Positions 29,296-39,624 of a stretch of DNA of 64,000 nucleotides are shown piece after piece (within the stretch, counting starts at the first letter, position 1; each line of letters opens with the position of its first letter). This stretch comes from an uncultured Gammaproteobacteria bacterium (GTDB lineage: Bacteria; Patescibacteriota; Patescibacteriia; Magasanikbacterales; UBA922). The position numbers and the translations under genes were made by a program. Location of the stretch: the NCBI GenBank assembly GCA_964566225.1, contig CAZMHV010000004.1, forward strand, positions 64,248 to 128,247, read 5' to 3'. Under the pieces are notes generated by a model. The model was not told where the DNA came from, searched no databases, and was given only the letters and a program-made list of their open reading frames with translations.

Positions 29296-31128
29296 ATGAC
29301 ATCAAAAAGAAAGAAAATTATTGGAGTCGTGGGTGGGATAGCAGTGCTTCTCATTGTTATTGGTATGGTGAAGGGCAAAGATGCTGCTGTGTCAGAACTC
29401 ACCACTGCCAAAGTAGAAAGAAAAAATTTGCAGCAATCTGTGAGTGAAACAGGAACGGTAGAAGCAAACGTAAAAATTGAATATGGATGGGAAAAGAGTG
29501 GGCGAGTGATTAAAATTGAAAAGAAAGTTGGGGATCAAGTAAAAGCTGGTGATAAAATTGCTTCTATTGATGGATCTACTGAACGCACAAATTTGGCACA
29601 GAGTGTTGCCTTACTCCGGTCTGCTGAAGCTTCTTTGAATGTAAAATTTGCTGGACCAACCAATGAAAATTTACGTTCTGCACAGGCCAATGTGGACAAG
29701 GCGCGCGCAGGTGTAACTGATGCCCAGGCGAATATTATTAAGGTATCCCTCAGTAGTGCCAGTGCCCTTGAAACGGCTCAGCGTGCCCTTGAAACCGCAA
29801 CGGTAAATTTGGGGCTCAGTCAAGGTGGTGAACAAAGTCGTGTCGTCAATGATGCCTATGATAATTTGGTAAATAGTTTGAAATCTGCCGTAACAAAATT
29901 GAACGATGGACTCATACAGGCAGATAATATTTTAGGCATTGATAATCGTTTTGCAAATGATGATTTTGAAGAATTACTTGGTAAGCAAGATGGTTCGGCT
30001 CTTGATATTGCTAAATCAAGTTACGTATCAGCACGAAGTGCTGTGAAGCAGAGTGAACTCAGTGTTGCCTCTTTGAATAGTATGACTGATCACTCTGTGA
30101 TTGATGCTGCTGCACGAACAGTGATATCAACATTTGGATCTGCTCAAAAAAATTTAACAGATGTAAAAAATGTACTCAATGCAACCTTGTCTGGAAATAA
30201 TTTAAGTCAGGCTGAGTTATCTGTATTGAAAACAAATATACTCACGGCACAAGTATCGGTAAATGCAAGTGCTACTGATGTGACTCACTCGGTTCAGGGT
30301 GTTACGACTGCACGCAGTAGTTTGAACTCATATCAAATTGCCTACGAAAAAGCCAAGCAAGATTTGGAAAATACCAAAAAACAAAATGAAGTTCAAAAGT
30401 CTTTGGCTGAAGCCAATGTAATTTCTGCCGAAGCACTTTTGACACAAGCGCAAGCTGCGTTTGACACTTTGGTAAATAAACCTCGTGATATTGATGTTGC
30501 GGCACTTCGTGCTGAAGTGAGTCGCAATCAAGCTGCGGTACAGAGTGCACAAAATGAATTGTCCAAAACTGAACTCAAAGCTTTGACTGATGGGGTGATT
30601 TCAAAATTGGATACGGAGGTCGGTGAGAATGCTGTCCCAGGAACACCTATGGTGACGATTCTTTCTCCGGGGATGTCTATCAAAGTAGATATTTCTGAAA
30701 CAGAAATTTCAAAGATAAAAATAAATGACGTGGCGGCAATTACTCTCGATGCCTTTGGAGAAGATACAAAATTTTCAGGAAAAGTGATTTCTATTGAGCC
30801 AGCTGAAACAAGAGTCTCCGGTGTGGTCTACTACAAAACAACCGTCGTATTTGACATGGACAATGACTCTGTAAAAAATGTAAAACCAGGTATGACCGCA
30901 AATGTAAGTATTTATACTGATCGTCGTGATGGTGTGTTGGTAGTCCCTGGTAGAAGTGTGCTCGAAAAAGAAGGCAAAAGAATTGTTCGTGTAGTTACCA
31001 ATGCCAAAAAAGGACAATTTGAAGAAAAAGAAGTTCAAGTTGGTATGAAAGGTGACAACGGTGAAGTGGAAATTTTAGCAGGAATTGATGATGGTGCCGA
31101 AGTAGTTACTTTTATAAAAACAAAGTAA
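29296..31128 (+). CDS. Efflux periplasmic adaptor (HlyD/MacA-like membrane-fusion protein) with a very long coiled-coil.
   Basis: N-terminal TM, biotin-lipoyl-like hairpin, long coiled-coil and C-terminal beta-barrel. Operon context with the ABC genes. Confidence 0.7.
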   Translation: MTSKRKKIIGVVGGIAVLLIVIGMVKGKDAAVSELTTAKVERKNLQQSVSETGTVEANVKIEYGWEKSGRVIKIEKKVGDQVKAGDKIASIDGSTERTNLAQSVALLRSAEASLNVKFAGPTNENLRSAQANVDKARAGVTDAQANIIKVSLSSASALETAQRALETATVNLGLSQGGEQSRVVNDAYDNLVNSLKSAVTKLNDGLIQADNILGIDNRFANDDFEELLGKQDGSALDIAKSSYVSARSAVKQSELSVASLNSMTDHSVIDAAARTVISTFGSAQKNLTDVKNVLNATLSGNNLSQAELSVLKTNILTAQVSVNASATDVTHSVQGVTTARSSLNSYQIAYEKAKQDLENTKKQNEVQKSLAEANVISAEALLTQAQAAFDTLVNKPRDIDVAALRAEVSRNQAAVQSAQNELSKTELKALTDGVISKLDTEVGENAVPGTPMVTILSPGMSIKVDISETEISKIKINDVAAITLDAFGEDTKFSGKVISIEPAETRVSGVVYYKTTVVFDMDNDSVKNVKPGMTANVSIYTDRRDGVLVVPGRSVLEKEGKRIVRVVTNAKKGQFEEKEVQVGMKGDNGEVEILAGIDDGAEVVTFIKTK

Positions 31129-31131
31129 TGT

Positions 31132-31848
31132 ATGTCTCTGATTAACATGAAAAATTTAAAAAAGGATTATACCACCGGTGACGTGGTAACTCCTGTATTG
31201 CATGGGCTCTCTTTTCAAATAGAACGGGGAGAGTTTGTTGCTATCATGGGTCCATCTGGATCTGGAAAGTCAACACTCATGCATATTTTAAGTTTTCTCG
31301 ACTCTCCAACTTCTGGTGAATATATTTTTGACGGCGAACCTGTTTCGAGTTTAACCGATGAAGAACTTGCCAAAATGCGTAACGAAAGAATTGGATTTGT
31401 GTTTCAAGCCTTTCATTTGTTGCCTCGAACGTCTGTAGAAGAAAATGTTGGGTTGCCACTGCTCTATAGTAAAAAGAAAATGGATAAAAAAGCTGTGGTC
31501 AATAAAGCCATTAGCGAAGTTGGTCTTGAACATCGTCGAGATCATTTGTCCAATCAACTTTCGGGTGGAGAAAAACAGCGTGTGGCCATTGCTCGCGCAA
31601 TTGTGAATAACCCCGATATTATTTTTGCCGACGAACCAACCGGAAATTTGGACTCAAAATCTGGAAATCAAATTCTCAAAATTTTGCAAGACTTAAATGC
31701 ACAGGGGCATACCATTATTATGGTTACCCACGAACAAGATACGGCTAACCACGCCAAACGTATTTTGCGTGTGCGTGATGGATATCTCGAAAAAGACGAA
31801 AAAGTCGCCACTCGAAGATTTGCCGGAGATGGTGAACTGAAAAAATAA
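31132..31848 (+). CDS. ABC transporter ATP-binding protein (MacB/LolD/FtsE-type).
   Basis: Walker [10 protein letters not shown], signature [14 protein letters not shown], and Walker B IIFADEPT. Confidence 0.9.
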   Translation: MSLINMKNLKKDYTTGDVVTPVLHGLSFQIERGEFVAIMGPSGSGKSTLMHILSFLDSPTSGEYIFDGEPVSSLTDEELAKMRNERIGFVFQAFHLLPRTSVEENVGLPLLYSKKKMDKKAVVNKAISEVGLEHRRDHLSNQLSGGEKQRVAIARAIVNNPDIIFADEPTGNLDSKSGNQILKILQDLNAQGHTIIMVTHEQDTANHAKRILRVRDGYLEKDEKVATRRFAGDGELKK

Positions 31849-31849
31849 C

Positions 31850-33076
31850 ATGACAGTCCCTGATCTTCTGAAACTTTCCATGCATAACTTGAAGACCAAC
31901 AAACGTCGGTCTATTTTGACTATGCTGGGACTCATTATTGGTATTCTTTCGGTGATTTTGGTGATGTCTGTGGGTGCTGGTGCGCAGAGTCTTATTACCA
32001 ACCAATTTCAAAAACAGGGGACAGATAAAATTGGTGTGCTCGCAGGGGCAAGTGATCCCAAAGGTCCTCCGGCATCAGCCATGGGAGTCATTATTACCAC
32101 ACTTACCGAAGAAGATGCTTTGGCATTGCTCAATAAAAAAAATGTAACCCATTCTGTATCTGTGAATGCCTATATTTCGGGCAACGATGTCTTGCAGTGG
32201 AAAGATGTGGATAGAAATGTAACCTTTACAGGGACCATGGCAAGTTATGCGGCATTTGAAAAGACAGAACTTGCTGGTGGCAGATTTTTTACCGAAGGAG
32301 AAGAAGGTAATGGCGAACATGTTCTTGTGCTCGGGTCTGATATTGCTGAGACCGTGTTTGGAAATACTGATCCAGTAGGTGAGACTGTGAAACTCAAACG
32401 AGAGTCATTTAAGGTAATTGGAGTTTTGAAGCACAAAGGTTCAACTGGATTTGAAAATCCAGATAATGCTGTACTTATCCCACTCAAAACTGCCCAGAGA
32501 GATTTACTGGGGGTGAATCACATAACCTATTTACGTGTACAACTCGACAGTCCTGAGGCAGTAGATCAGTCAATGGAAGAAGTGCGTCAAACTTTACTTG
32601 AACGTCATGGTGACGAAGATTTTTCGGTTCGCAGTGTGGCTGACTTACTCGAAACCTTAACGACGGTTACCAATGTGATGAAATTTTTTTTGGTAGCGAT
32701 TGCTGGAATTTCTTTGTTTGTTGGGGGAGTTGGTATTATGAATATTATGCTTATTGCCGTAAAAGAAAAAACCCGTGAAATTGGACTGCGAAAAGCAGTC
32801 GGAGCTACCAAACAAGACATTTCGCTTCAGTTTTTGGCAGAGAGTATTTTTATTTCACTTCTTGCTGGTATCATTGGTATTATACTTGGAGTTATTTTGT
32901 CATATGGTATTGCCAAGGGAGTGCAGTTTGCTGGGTATGATTATAGTTTTATTATTTCTGCGGGTTCTATAGTTGCTGCATGTTTGGTGGCTGGGTTTAC
33001 TGGCTTGGTATTTGGTACGCTTCCTGCGCGTCGGGCAGGAGTTTTGGATCCTATTGAAGCACTTCGTTATGAATAG
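31850..33076 (+). CDS. ABC transporter permease (FtsX/MacB-type), copy 1.
   Basis: MacB periplasmic domain plus the FtsX 4-TM core. Confidence 0.8.
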   Translation: MTVPDLLKLSMHNLKTNKRRSILTMLGLIIGILSVILVMSVGAGAQSLITNQFQKQGTDKIGVLAGASDPKGPPASAMGVIITTLTEEDALALLNKKNVTHSVSVNAYISGNDVLQWKDVDRNVTFTGTMASYAAFEKTELAGGRFFTEGEEGNGEHVLVLGSDIAETVFGNTDPVGETVKLKRESFKVIGVLKHKGSTGFENPDNAVLIPLKTAQRDLLGVNHITYLRVQLDSPEAVDQSMEEVRQTLLERHGDEDFSVRSVADLLETLTTVTNVMKFFLVAIAGISLFVGGVGIMNIMLIAVKEKTREIGLRKAVGATKQDISLQFLAESIFISLLAGIIGIILGVILSYGIAKGVQFAGYDYSFIISAGSIVAACLVAGFTGLVFGTLPARRAGVLDPIEALRYE

Positions 33077-34319
33077 AATTTTGGTAAGCATGAGTTTGGC
33101 TTTTAAAACCCTCAAACACAACCTGTCGAGGAGTATTTTGACTATTGTAGGAATTACGGTTGGTATTGCTATGGTTGTCATAGTACTTTCTGCTGGTGCG
33201 GGACTCAAGGGGATTATTTTGGGTCAGATATCGAGTTTTGGTGATAATTGGATTAATGTAGAAGTAAAAATTCCTGACACGGGCAGAAATTCTCAACAAA
33301 ATAGTAGTGGACAAGCTCAAGGAGTGATTATCAAATCACTGGTTGAGTCTGATATGCAAGCGATCACCAAAGTTTCAAATATTAAAAATGCTTATGCTGG
33401 TATTACCAGTCAGGCTGTAATTTCTTACTCTGACCAAACATTTCACCCAATTATTTTTGGGGTGAGTCCAAGTTATCCTTTTATCAATAAGTCAAAAGTC
33501 GATACGGGCAGATTTTTTTCTGATGAAGATAATAAGTCTGTTTCACAAGTTGTGGTACTTGGAAATGAAATTTCACACAATCTTTTTGGTGACAACGATC
33601 CTGTTGGAAAATTTGTTCGTGTTGATAAAGAAAGTTATGAGGTCATTGGTGTTATGGAGAAACTGGGAAGTACTGGGTTTATGAATATGGATGGAATGAT
33701 TTATATTCCTTTGAAGACCGTACAGAAAAAAATTATGGCTGTAGACCATGTAAGTTTTATTGTTGCTGAAGCCGTAGATAAAACAAAGTCACTTGATACT
33801 TCAGAAGAAATCCGCAGTGTTCTTCGTGACAGACACAAAATTACAAATCCAGACAAAGATGATTTTGCTGTCACGACACAAGATGAGGCTGTGGAGGTGG
33901 TGGGTACAATTGTAGCAGGTATAAGTGGACTACTTATTGCACTTTCTTGTATTTCACTCCTTGTTGGAGGAGTAGGAATTATGAATGTTATGTATGTATC
34001 TGTGGCAGAGAGAACTTTTGAAATTGGGCTTCGTAAATCTGCAGGAGCAACAACTTCTGATATTTTGTGGCAATTTTTGGTCGAAGCAATTGTGTTGACT
34101 TTGTTTGGTGGAGTACTTGGTGTGGGCATTGGTGTTATTATTTCATTTTTGATTTCGGTAATTGCCAATGCGTTAAACTTTTCGTGGGAATTTGAAATTT
34201 CATTATTTTCAATATTTTTGAGTACAGGGTTTTCAACATTTGTGGGAATACTTTTTGGATTGTATCCTGCCAAAAAAGCAGCATCACTTGATCCAATGGT
34301 TGCAATTCGACAAGAGTAA
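33069..34319 (+). CDS. ABC transporter permease (FtsX/MacB-type), copy 2.
   Basis: Its ATG overlaps the upstream stop (ATGAATAG). Same fold as copy 1. Confidence 0.8.
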   Translation: MNRILVSMSLAFKTLKHNLSRSILTIVGITVGIAMVVIVLSAGAGLKGIILGQISSFGDNWINVEVKIPDTGRNSQQNSSGQAQGVIIKSLVESDMQAITKVSNIKNAYAGITSQAVISYSDQTFHPIIFGVSPSYPFINKSKVDTGRFFSDEDNKSVSQVVVLGNEISHNLFGDNDPVGKFVRVDKESYEVIGVMEKLGSTGFMNMDGMIYIPLKTVQKKIMAVDHVSFIVAEAVDKTKSLDTSEEIRSVLRDRHKITNPDKDDFAVTTQDEAVEVVGTIVAGISGLLIALSCISLLVGGVGIMNVMYVSVAERTFEIGLRKSAGATTSDILWQFLVEAIVLTLFGGVLGVGIGVIISFLISVIANALNFSWEFEISLFSIFLSTGFSTFVGILFGLYPAKKAASLDPMVAIRQE

Positions 34320-34400
34320 AATGACGAAAAAATTTTTTTGTGATATACTATTCCTAATATTAAAATATATTAGGAATTTTTATTATTTATTTTTCATGCT

Positions 34401-35924
34401 ATGCCAAAAAGCGCAGCTTCTAAACCACGCTCGCGTGCAAAATCGTCAACTCGACGTGTTTCATCTGCGCGGGCATCTTCTTCGAGAACTCTTACTAGAG
34501 TAAAAACAAATGTTATTACTGATACAAAAATTCTCATGGCAACCATAGCGCTTTTGTTGTCTACGGGACTTTCACTTATTGCTGTACCGGCAGCCCCTGG
34601 TCAGATGCAGTTGGCCGCTGCAGCAAAATGTGGGGTGAACAAAGTTACCTATGGACGAGTTTGTGCTGCCAAAATGTATACGGGTGCACGGGTAGTCTGT
34701 CATGATGGAAGTTTTGCTGATGTTGGCGCGGGGCAGTGTTTGTCTGTCGCTGCTATTGCACAGCTGGGAAATGTTGTTTGTCAAAACAAATGCTCTGATG
34801 CTGTGGTGGTAGCTCCACAACCAAGACTTACGGTGCGTACCAATGTAGATACACCACTTGGAACCAATTTAGTTTTGGGAAGTGTAGATACCATGGTTGC
34901 TAAATTTGACTTGATCGCCTCTAATGTTGAAGATATTAATTTGCGAGATTTTGCGGTGAGTTTTCATTTGCCAGAACATTTGGCAACCGGAACTCTTCGT
35001 AATATCAGACTGTTTGATGGAGACGTTCAAGTAAGTGAAAATATTGCACATTTAGGTGGAGCTCCTACTACTTCAACTTTTCATACGGCAGTATTTCACA
35101 ATATAAATTTACGCTTATTGAGATCTCAAGTAAAAACATTGATTGTAAAAGCAGACATGAGTACGTACGAAAATAATGGATTTTTGAGTGGAGTCCGTTT
35201 TCAACCAGCTATTTTAAATACTGACTATGATCAAATGGCACCTGGAGTGCAACTTGCTGTCAATGCAGAAGGCTTGGTAAGTGGGAGCGTACTCCAATCA
35301 CGAGATATTGTGTTTATTGCAAATGCAGGTACGGTTGCTTCAGGAAGCAAAAGTGAACAATCTTTGTTAAGTACATTGTTACCACGTACTTCAGGATATG
35401 TTGGAGCCAATCAATTTGTAGTATATAGAACAAAGCTTGTAGTTATGTGGGCAGCAGATACACCAACTGGGTTTTCTGCACCAGCATCGGGACAAGTGAT
35501 TGGAAAATTTATTGTGAATAATTTTGCAAATAATGGTAACTATAATGCTACCGTACGGGCAACGAATGTAAACTTATCAAGCAATCGTATTGTTGCTGCA
35601 CAGCCAAGGACTCTCAATATTTATCGTGATTCACTTCAAAGTGTTATTTTGGCAACCACACAGTTTCAAGGAGTTGTCTCGGGAAATAGTGGGTTTGAAG
35701 ATCGTTCATTTGGTGATGTTGAAATTTCAAGCGGTGCCAATAAAACTTTTTTTGTAACATTTGATACTATAGATGCCTTAGCAAATCAAGCTCTTTTGGT
35801 CAATGTTCCTTGGTCTGTAAATGAAGTAAAATATTTTGGTCTATTGTGGAGTGATGGTGTTGTTCACGACATTGTTGCCTCAGACAATGGTCTCCCTCTG
35901 GCTCCGAAGACATTGGTTTACTAA
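34401..35924 (+). CDS. Hypothetical secreted or surface protein with a basic N-terminus and a single TM anchor.
   Basis: ORF only. K/R/S-rich N-terminus followed by a hydrophobic helix. Confidence 0.45.
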   Translation: MPKSAASKPRSRAKSSTRRVSSARASSSRTLTRVKTNVITDTKILMATIALLLSTGLSLIAVPAAPGQMQLAAAAKCGVNKVTYGRVCAAKMYTGARVVCHDGSFADVGAGQCLSVAAIAQLGNVVCQNKCSDAVVVAPQPRLTVRTNVDTPLGTNLVLGSVDTMVAKFDLIASNVEDINLRDFAVSFHLPEHLATGTLRNIRLFDGDVQVSENIAHLGGAPTTSTFHTAVFHNINLRLLRSQVKTLIVKADMSTYENNGFLSGVRFQPAILNTDYDQMAPGVQLAVNAEGLVSGSVLQSRDIVFIANAGTVASGSKSEQSLLSTLLPRTSGYVGANQFVVYRTKLVVMWAADTPTGFSAPASGQVIGKFIVNNFANNGNYNATVRATNVNLSSNRIVAAQPRTLNIYRDSLQSVILATTQFQGVVSGNSGFEDRSFGDVEISSGANKTFFVTFDTIDALANQALLVNVPWSVNEVKYFGLLWSDGVVHDIVASDNGLPLAPKTLVY

Positions 35925-35934
35925 ATAGTTTTAA

Positions 35935-35967
35935 AAAGAGTCCCTTGACCAGGGGCTCTTTTTTTGT
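35935..35967 (+). terminator. Rho-independent terminator (AGAGTCCC-TTGACCA-GGGGCTCTTTTTTTG).
   Basis: 8-bp stem plus T7. It is followed by a TATACT -10 box for the nth-like gene. Confidence 0.65.
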
Positions 35968-35984
35968 GCTATACTAGTATGCAT

Positions 35985-36623
35985 ATGAATACGCAACAAC
36001 AAAAAAAGCGAGCACACATTGTGCTCAAAGAGCTCAAAAAATTATTTCCAATAGCGGAAACGATTTTGCGTTCCTCAAACGATGTGGAGCTTTTGATTGC
36101 GGTTATGTTATCGGCCCAAACCACTGATGTGCAGGTGAACAAAGTAACAGCAAAGGTATTTGCCAAATATAAGACGCTTGAGGACTATGTAAATGCCAAT
36201 GCAGGGGAGTTTGAACAAGATATTTCTTCGGTGAATTTTTATAGGGCCAAAGCCAAAAATATTTTGGCTATGACAAAGATGCTCCACCAAAAACATGGTG
36301 GGCAGGTGCCTTCTACTCTGGAAGAATTGATTGAACTGCCCGGCGTTGGGCGCAAGACAGCAAACGTTGTGTTAGGATTTATTTATGGGGTAGTGGAGGG
36401 GATTGCTGTAGATACACACGTGACTCGTTTAGCGCACAAGTGGGGTCTCACAAATTCGACTGACCCAAAAAAAATTGAGCAGGATCTTATGCAGATACTG
36501 CCCAAAAAAGAATGGCATGATTTTACCCTTCGGGTGATTGATTATGGTCGCAAGTATTCACCAGCGCGGAAGGTGGGGGATGATGGTGATCCGATTTCGG
36601 TGAAGCTAAAAAAAGTGGAGTAA
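35985..36623 (+). CDS. nth: Endonuclease III-like HhH-GPD DNA glycosylase. No C-terminal Fe-S Cys cluster was seen.
   Basis: HhH motif LPGVGRKTANVVL and catalytic-region D. Start choice (35979 or 35985) is uncertain. Confidence 0.7.
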   Translation: MNTQQQKKRAHIVLKELKKLFPIAETILRSSNDVELLIAVMLSAQTTDVQVNKVTAKVFAKYKTLEDYVNANAGEFEQDISSVNFYRAKAKNILAMTKMLHQKHGGQVPSTLEELIELPGVGRKTANVVLGFIYGVVEGIAVDTHVTRLAHKWGLTNSTDPKKIEQDLMQILPKKEWHDFTLRVIDYGRKYSPARKVGDDGDPISVKLKKVE

Positions 36624-36632
36624 TGGTGTGTG

Positions 36633-37616
36633 TTAACGGAGTTCTTCAAAATATTTTTTGGCAAGAGCCACGTTTACGGGTCGGTATCGAATCGTTTCAA
36701 GCAGGTGTGGATTTACTCCTGCTCTTTTTATTTGTTGTTTAATTTGATCTTTTGAAAAGGATTGTAATTCACTGTCAGTATTAGCAGGAAGAATAATATC
36801 TGTTTTGGCGAGCGAATCTGCCAAAAAGAGAAGTCCTACTTCTCGGGCCATCCCAGTACCTTGGTATTTTTGTGCAAGTGTTTGTACTTCTTGTGTACAC
36901 AAATCTGTTTTTAAAAATGGAAAACCATATCCACCATCAAATTGTTTTGACAGGTTGCGTACAATTCCAAGTTCGTAGTGAAGTTCGGCACACTGTGCAA
37001 TGTATTCAATTTGGTGTGGAGTGAGACCGAGTTTTTCTTGGAGCCATTTTTGAAAAAGTTCTCCTCGGATAATGGCACCTGAGCTGGCTTCGTGACGATT
37101 GAAGCTGTGAAATGTACCATCGGGTTGGTGCCAAGTTCTGCGAACAGCAAATTTTCCAAAGTCGTGAAGGGGAATAGATATTTGCATTAAATCATGTTTG
37201 GATCTGCCATCAATGGTTTCGTTTTGAAGATCAGTAAGAATATGTTCTTGGTGCCAGGTAAGCAGGTAGTTTGGTACTTTGGTACGAAAAAATTCTTCAA
37301 ATTTTTTTGAATGCGTGAGAATACCCCATTGATGATATTGGGGTGCATGTTCCTGTGGATCATCAATATTTGTATAAAAAGATTCAATTTCTGGCGTGTG
37401 TTCTCCATTTCCCAAATAGTACAAAATAATACCTTTGGCAAATTCAGGAAAGTGAATCCACAAAAGTTGTAAAATATCGGCTGTTTCAAATTCTTGCCCA
37501 CTTTTTTTTATTTCAATGTGTGGATCAAATTCATTTGTACCTTGGAGGGGTGGTGTTTCAGTTGAATTGTTATTTGAATAAATTTCAAAAAGTTCAGGAC
37601 TGATTGTATGTTCCAT
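36633..37616 (-). CDS. HD-domain-like hypothetical protein.
   Basis: LHDFGK motif. ORF of 327 aa. Confidence 0.45.
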   Translation of the reverse strand: MEHTISPELFEIYSNNNSTETPPLQGTNEFDPHIEIKKSGQEFETADILQLLWIHFPEFAKGIILYYLGNGEHTPEIESFYTNIDDPQEHAPQYHQWGILTHSKKFEEFFRTKVPNYLLTWHQEHILTDLQNETIDGRSKHDLMQISIPLHDFGKFAVRRTWHQPDGTFHSFNRHEASSGAIIRGELFQKWLQEKLGLTPHQIEYIAQCAELHYELGIVRNLSKQFDGGYGFPFLKTDLCTQEVQTLAQKYQGTGMAREVGLLFLADSLAKTDIILPANTDSELQSFSKDQIKQQIKRAGVNPHLLETIRYRPVNVALAKKYFEELR

Positions 37617-37805
37617 AAAAAATATTCAAAAGCGAATATGTATATGATACAGGGAAGTAGGGGAGGGAGGCAAGTTCTACATCACTACAAAAAATATTTT
37701 AAGAGAAAAGTCTCCAGAGAGAGTTGAAAACTTTTGTGAAAAAATAATTTTGTAGTGGTGTGGAACGCGGAGGAGGGGAGGTCCTCCGCTATCCTCCTAG
37801 TTGGG

Positions 37806-38204
37806 TTATCGTCGACCATTCGGCGACGGGACGATTCGTCCCTTGGCCAGGTCGGTGAGATCAGGCTGATTTGAGGCGGTCACCTCGAACCAACCACGCT
37901 TCTTTGCTTGACGAGCTGTGTTCGGCGAGATGCCGAACATTTTCATCAGCATGGAAGTGGATTGCCCTTGCTCGGCAGTGGAAAGTCGGACGAATCCGAC
38001 GTTTCCCCTGCGTTGAAAAATGCCGGGGCGATGGTACTCCAGGTGGAAGTACCCTCGCTCCTGGGCTCGCCAGAGTGTGACTCGAGATGCCTTGAGCCCA
38101 CACTCGTGGGCTTTCTGGCAGAGCTCCTTCAGGGGCAAGGCCTTTGCCTCGTCCGAGAGGAAGACCTTCATTTCCTTGATCTCGAAAAAGGCATTTGGCT
38201 CCAT
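37806..38204 (-). CDS. High-GC small protein with two excisionase/AlpA-like (MerR-superfamily HTH_17-like) helix-turn-helix motifs.
   Basis: LKELCQKAHECGLKASRVTLWRAQERGYF and SMLMKMFGISPNTARQAKKRGWF. An AAGGAAA RBS lies upstream of ATG 38204. A nested palindrome lies just upstream. Confidence 0.4.
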   Translation of the reverse strand: MEPNAFFEIKEMKVFLSDEAKALPLKELCQKAHECGLKASRVTLWRAQERGYFHLEYHRPGIFQRRGNVGFVRLSTAEQGQSTSMLMKMFGISPNTARQAKKRGWFEVTASNQPDLTDLAKGRIVPSPNGRR

Positions 38205-38384
38205 CTGGGAGTTTCCTTTTGTAATGTGGGCGGAATTACCCTTCACAGATTTCAAGTGATTGAAATATCTCAAGGGTAATTTCAAATAATGATATCTTCT
38301 CAACTTTTTCCTCCTTTTGACAAAGAAAAAAGTAATCGAATGGGCGAAGCGGATGTGCGGTCCGTTCTTCGCCCTGGCGTGTGC

Positions 38385-38642
38385 TTACACATAGTCAGTG
38401 TCGGGGTCACTTACCGACAAGACTTTGGTCTCAGCGTCCAGCTGTTGAGCAATGGTGCCCCAGCGGGGTCGCATTGCTCTTCCTCTGAAAAAGATCATGC
38501 CCACACGTACTGTGAGCCGATCTCTACATCTTTCGCATTTCACCACGAAGTCGTGGTTTATTGCGAAAGGTGGGACTTCCCACTTTGAGAACCCACAGCT
38601 GCAGTGGGTCTCGGTATGAGCCTGTTCCCACCAGAGGCTCAT
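38385..38642 (-). CDS. Possible small zinc-ribbon protein (HCSCGF…CERCRD).
   Basis: Four Cys in a CxC…CxxC arrangement. No clear RBS and the region is highly structured. Confidence 0.25.
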   Translation of the reverse strand: MSLWWEQAHTETHCSCGFSKWEVPPFAINHDFVVKCERCRDRLTVRVGMIFFRGRAMRPRWGTIAQQLDAETKVLSVSDPDTDYV

Positions 38643-39157
38643 ATTCTTGATTTGTTTCTGGAGTCGACGTCGTTGTCGACGTCTATACTGCCAAGAACAA
38701 AATAAGTCTAATTGGAGTGCGTATCGGAGGATGTCTGATGAGATCCTCCAAATCCACTCCGGTGGTCTGGCTTTTTGGGTTGTGACTTTCACCAAAAAGC
38801 GTTTTTTTGTAGGCGCCCCCCCTGGCCTAGTCCAGGGTCCTTCCGGGGGGGAAAGGAACCCTGACGTGCCGATGTTGAAGAAAGTTTCTTCTTCGACAAC
38901 GGCTACCCCCGACCCGTCTGGAGAGGTCTCCGATGTTGGGTGGTAGTAAGCCAACCCATCTGTAAGCCCCCACCTCCAGGGCCTATCAAGGGTACCGTTT
39001 CGGCACCCCTTGTGCCCAAGGTCTGGGGAGTGTCCACACCCCCCCGCACAATATCGGGGGGTTGTGATGACCTCTCTTTTTTGTGTGGTAGCCAGTTTGG
39101 AGGAAGTAGAGGTCTCCAGGTTGACCTCCTCTTCTTCTTGTTGTTGGAGCTTAAGTA

Positions 39158-39451
39158 TCATCCTTCTTTCCACTTTCCCTCTCCAGGGGAAAGGCCAAAT
39201 ACCTCCTCCCACTCAGGACGGAGGTTTGCGGGGGACTCCGCTGATGAGGCCTGTGAAATGAGGAACAACATCGCCTCCTTCCGAGGCGACTTCTCGGGTT
39301 CCGCGGCGATAAGCTGGCTTCCGATCACCTTGAGGGGGACGTACCCCCTTCGGTGGTAGTAGACAGCCACTTCCTTCACCACGCGAACGAAGTGGGGGGA
39401 AGAGATCCCTGCAGGAATCTCAATAATCGCCGCAATGAGAGTCTCGATCAT
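39158..39451 (-). CDS. Small hypothetical protein (about 98 aa).
   Basis: A GAGGAG RBS lies 6-7 nt upstream of ATG 39451. Confidence 0.3.
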   Translation of the reverse strand: MIETLIAAIIEIPAGISSPHFVRVVKEVAVYYHRRGYVPLKVIGSQLIAAEPEKSPRKEAMLFLISQASSAESPANLRPEWEEVFGLSPGEGKWKEG

Positions 39452-39624
39452 GGACTTTCTCCTCGCGCTGCCCCTGGCGCTGTTAGGGTTGATGGGATGG
39501 GGCATTATTGTTGCCATTACTCTGGTAAAAATAATGTTCCATCTCATCTTGTTTTCTTCCCGGATTTGCTTATCGCATTCACTGCCCTTGTATAAAGACA
39601 GCAGAGCGACAAGCAATTTTCAAT

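Noticed and set aside
38728-38760. CUGAUGAG string resembling the hammerhead-ribozyme core.
   Set aside because: CTGATGAG sits in the loop of a simple hairpin (GGAGGAT…ATCCTCC). There is no GAAA segment and no helix I/III arrangement.
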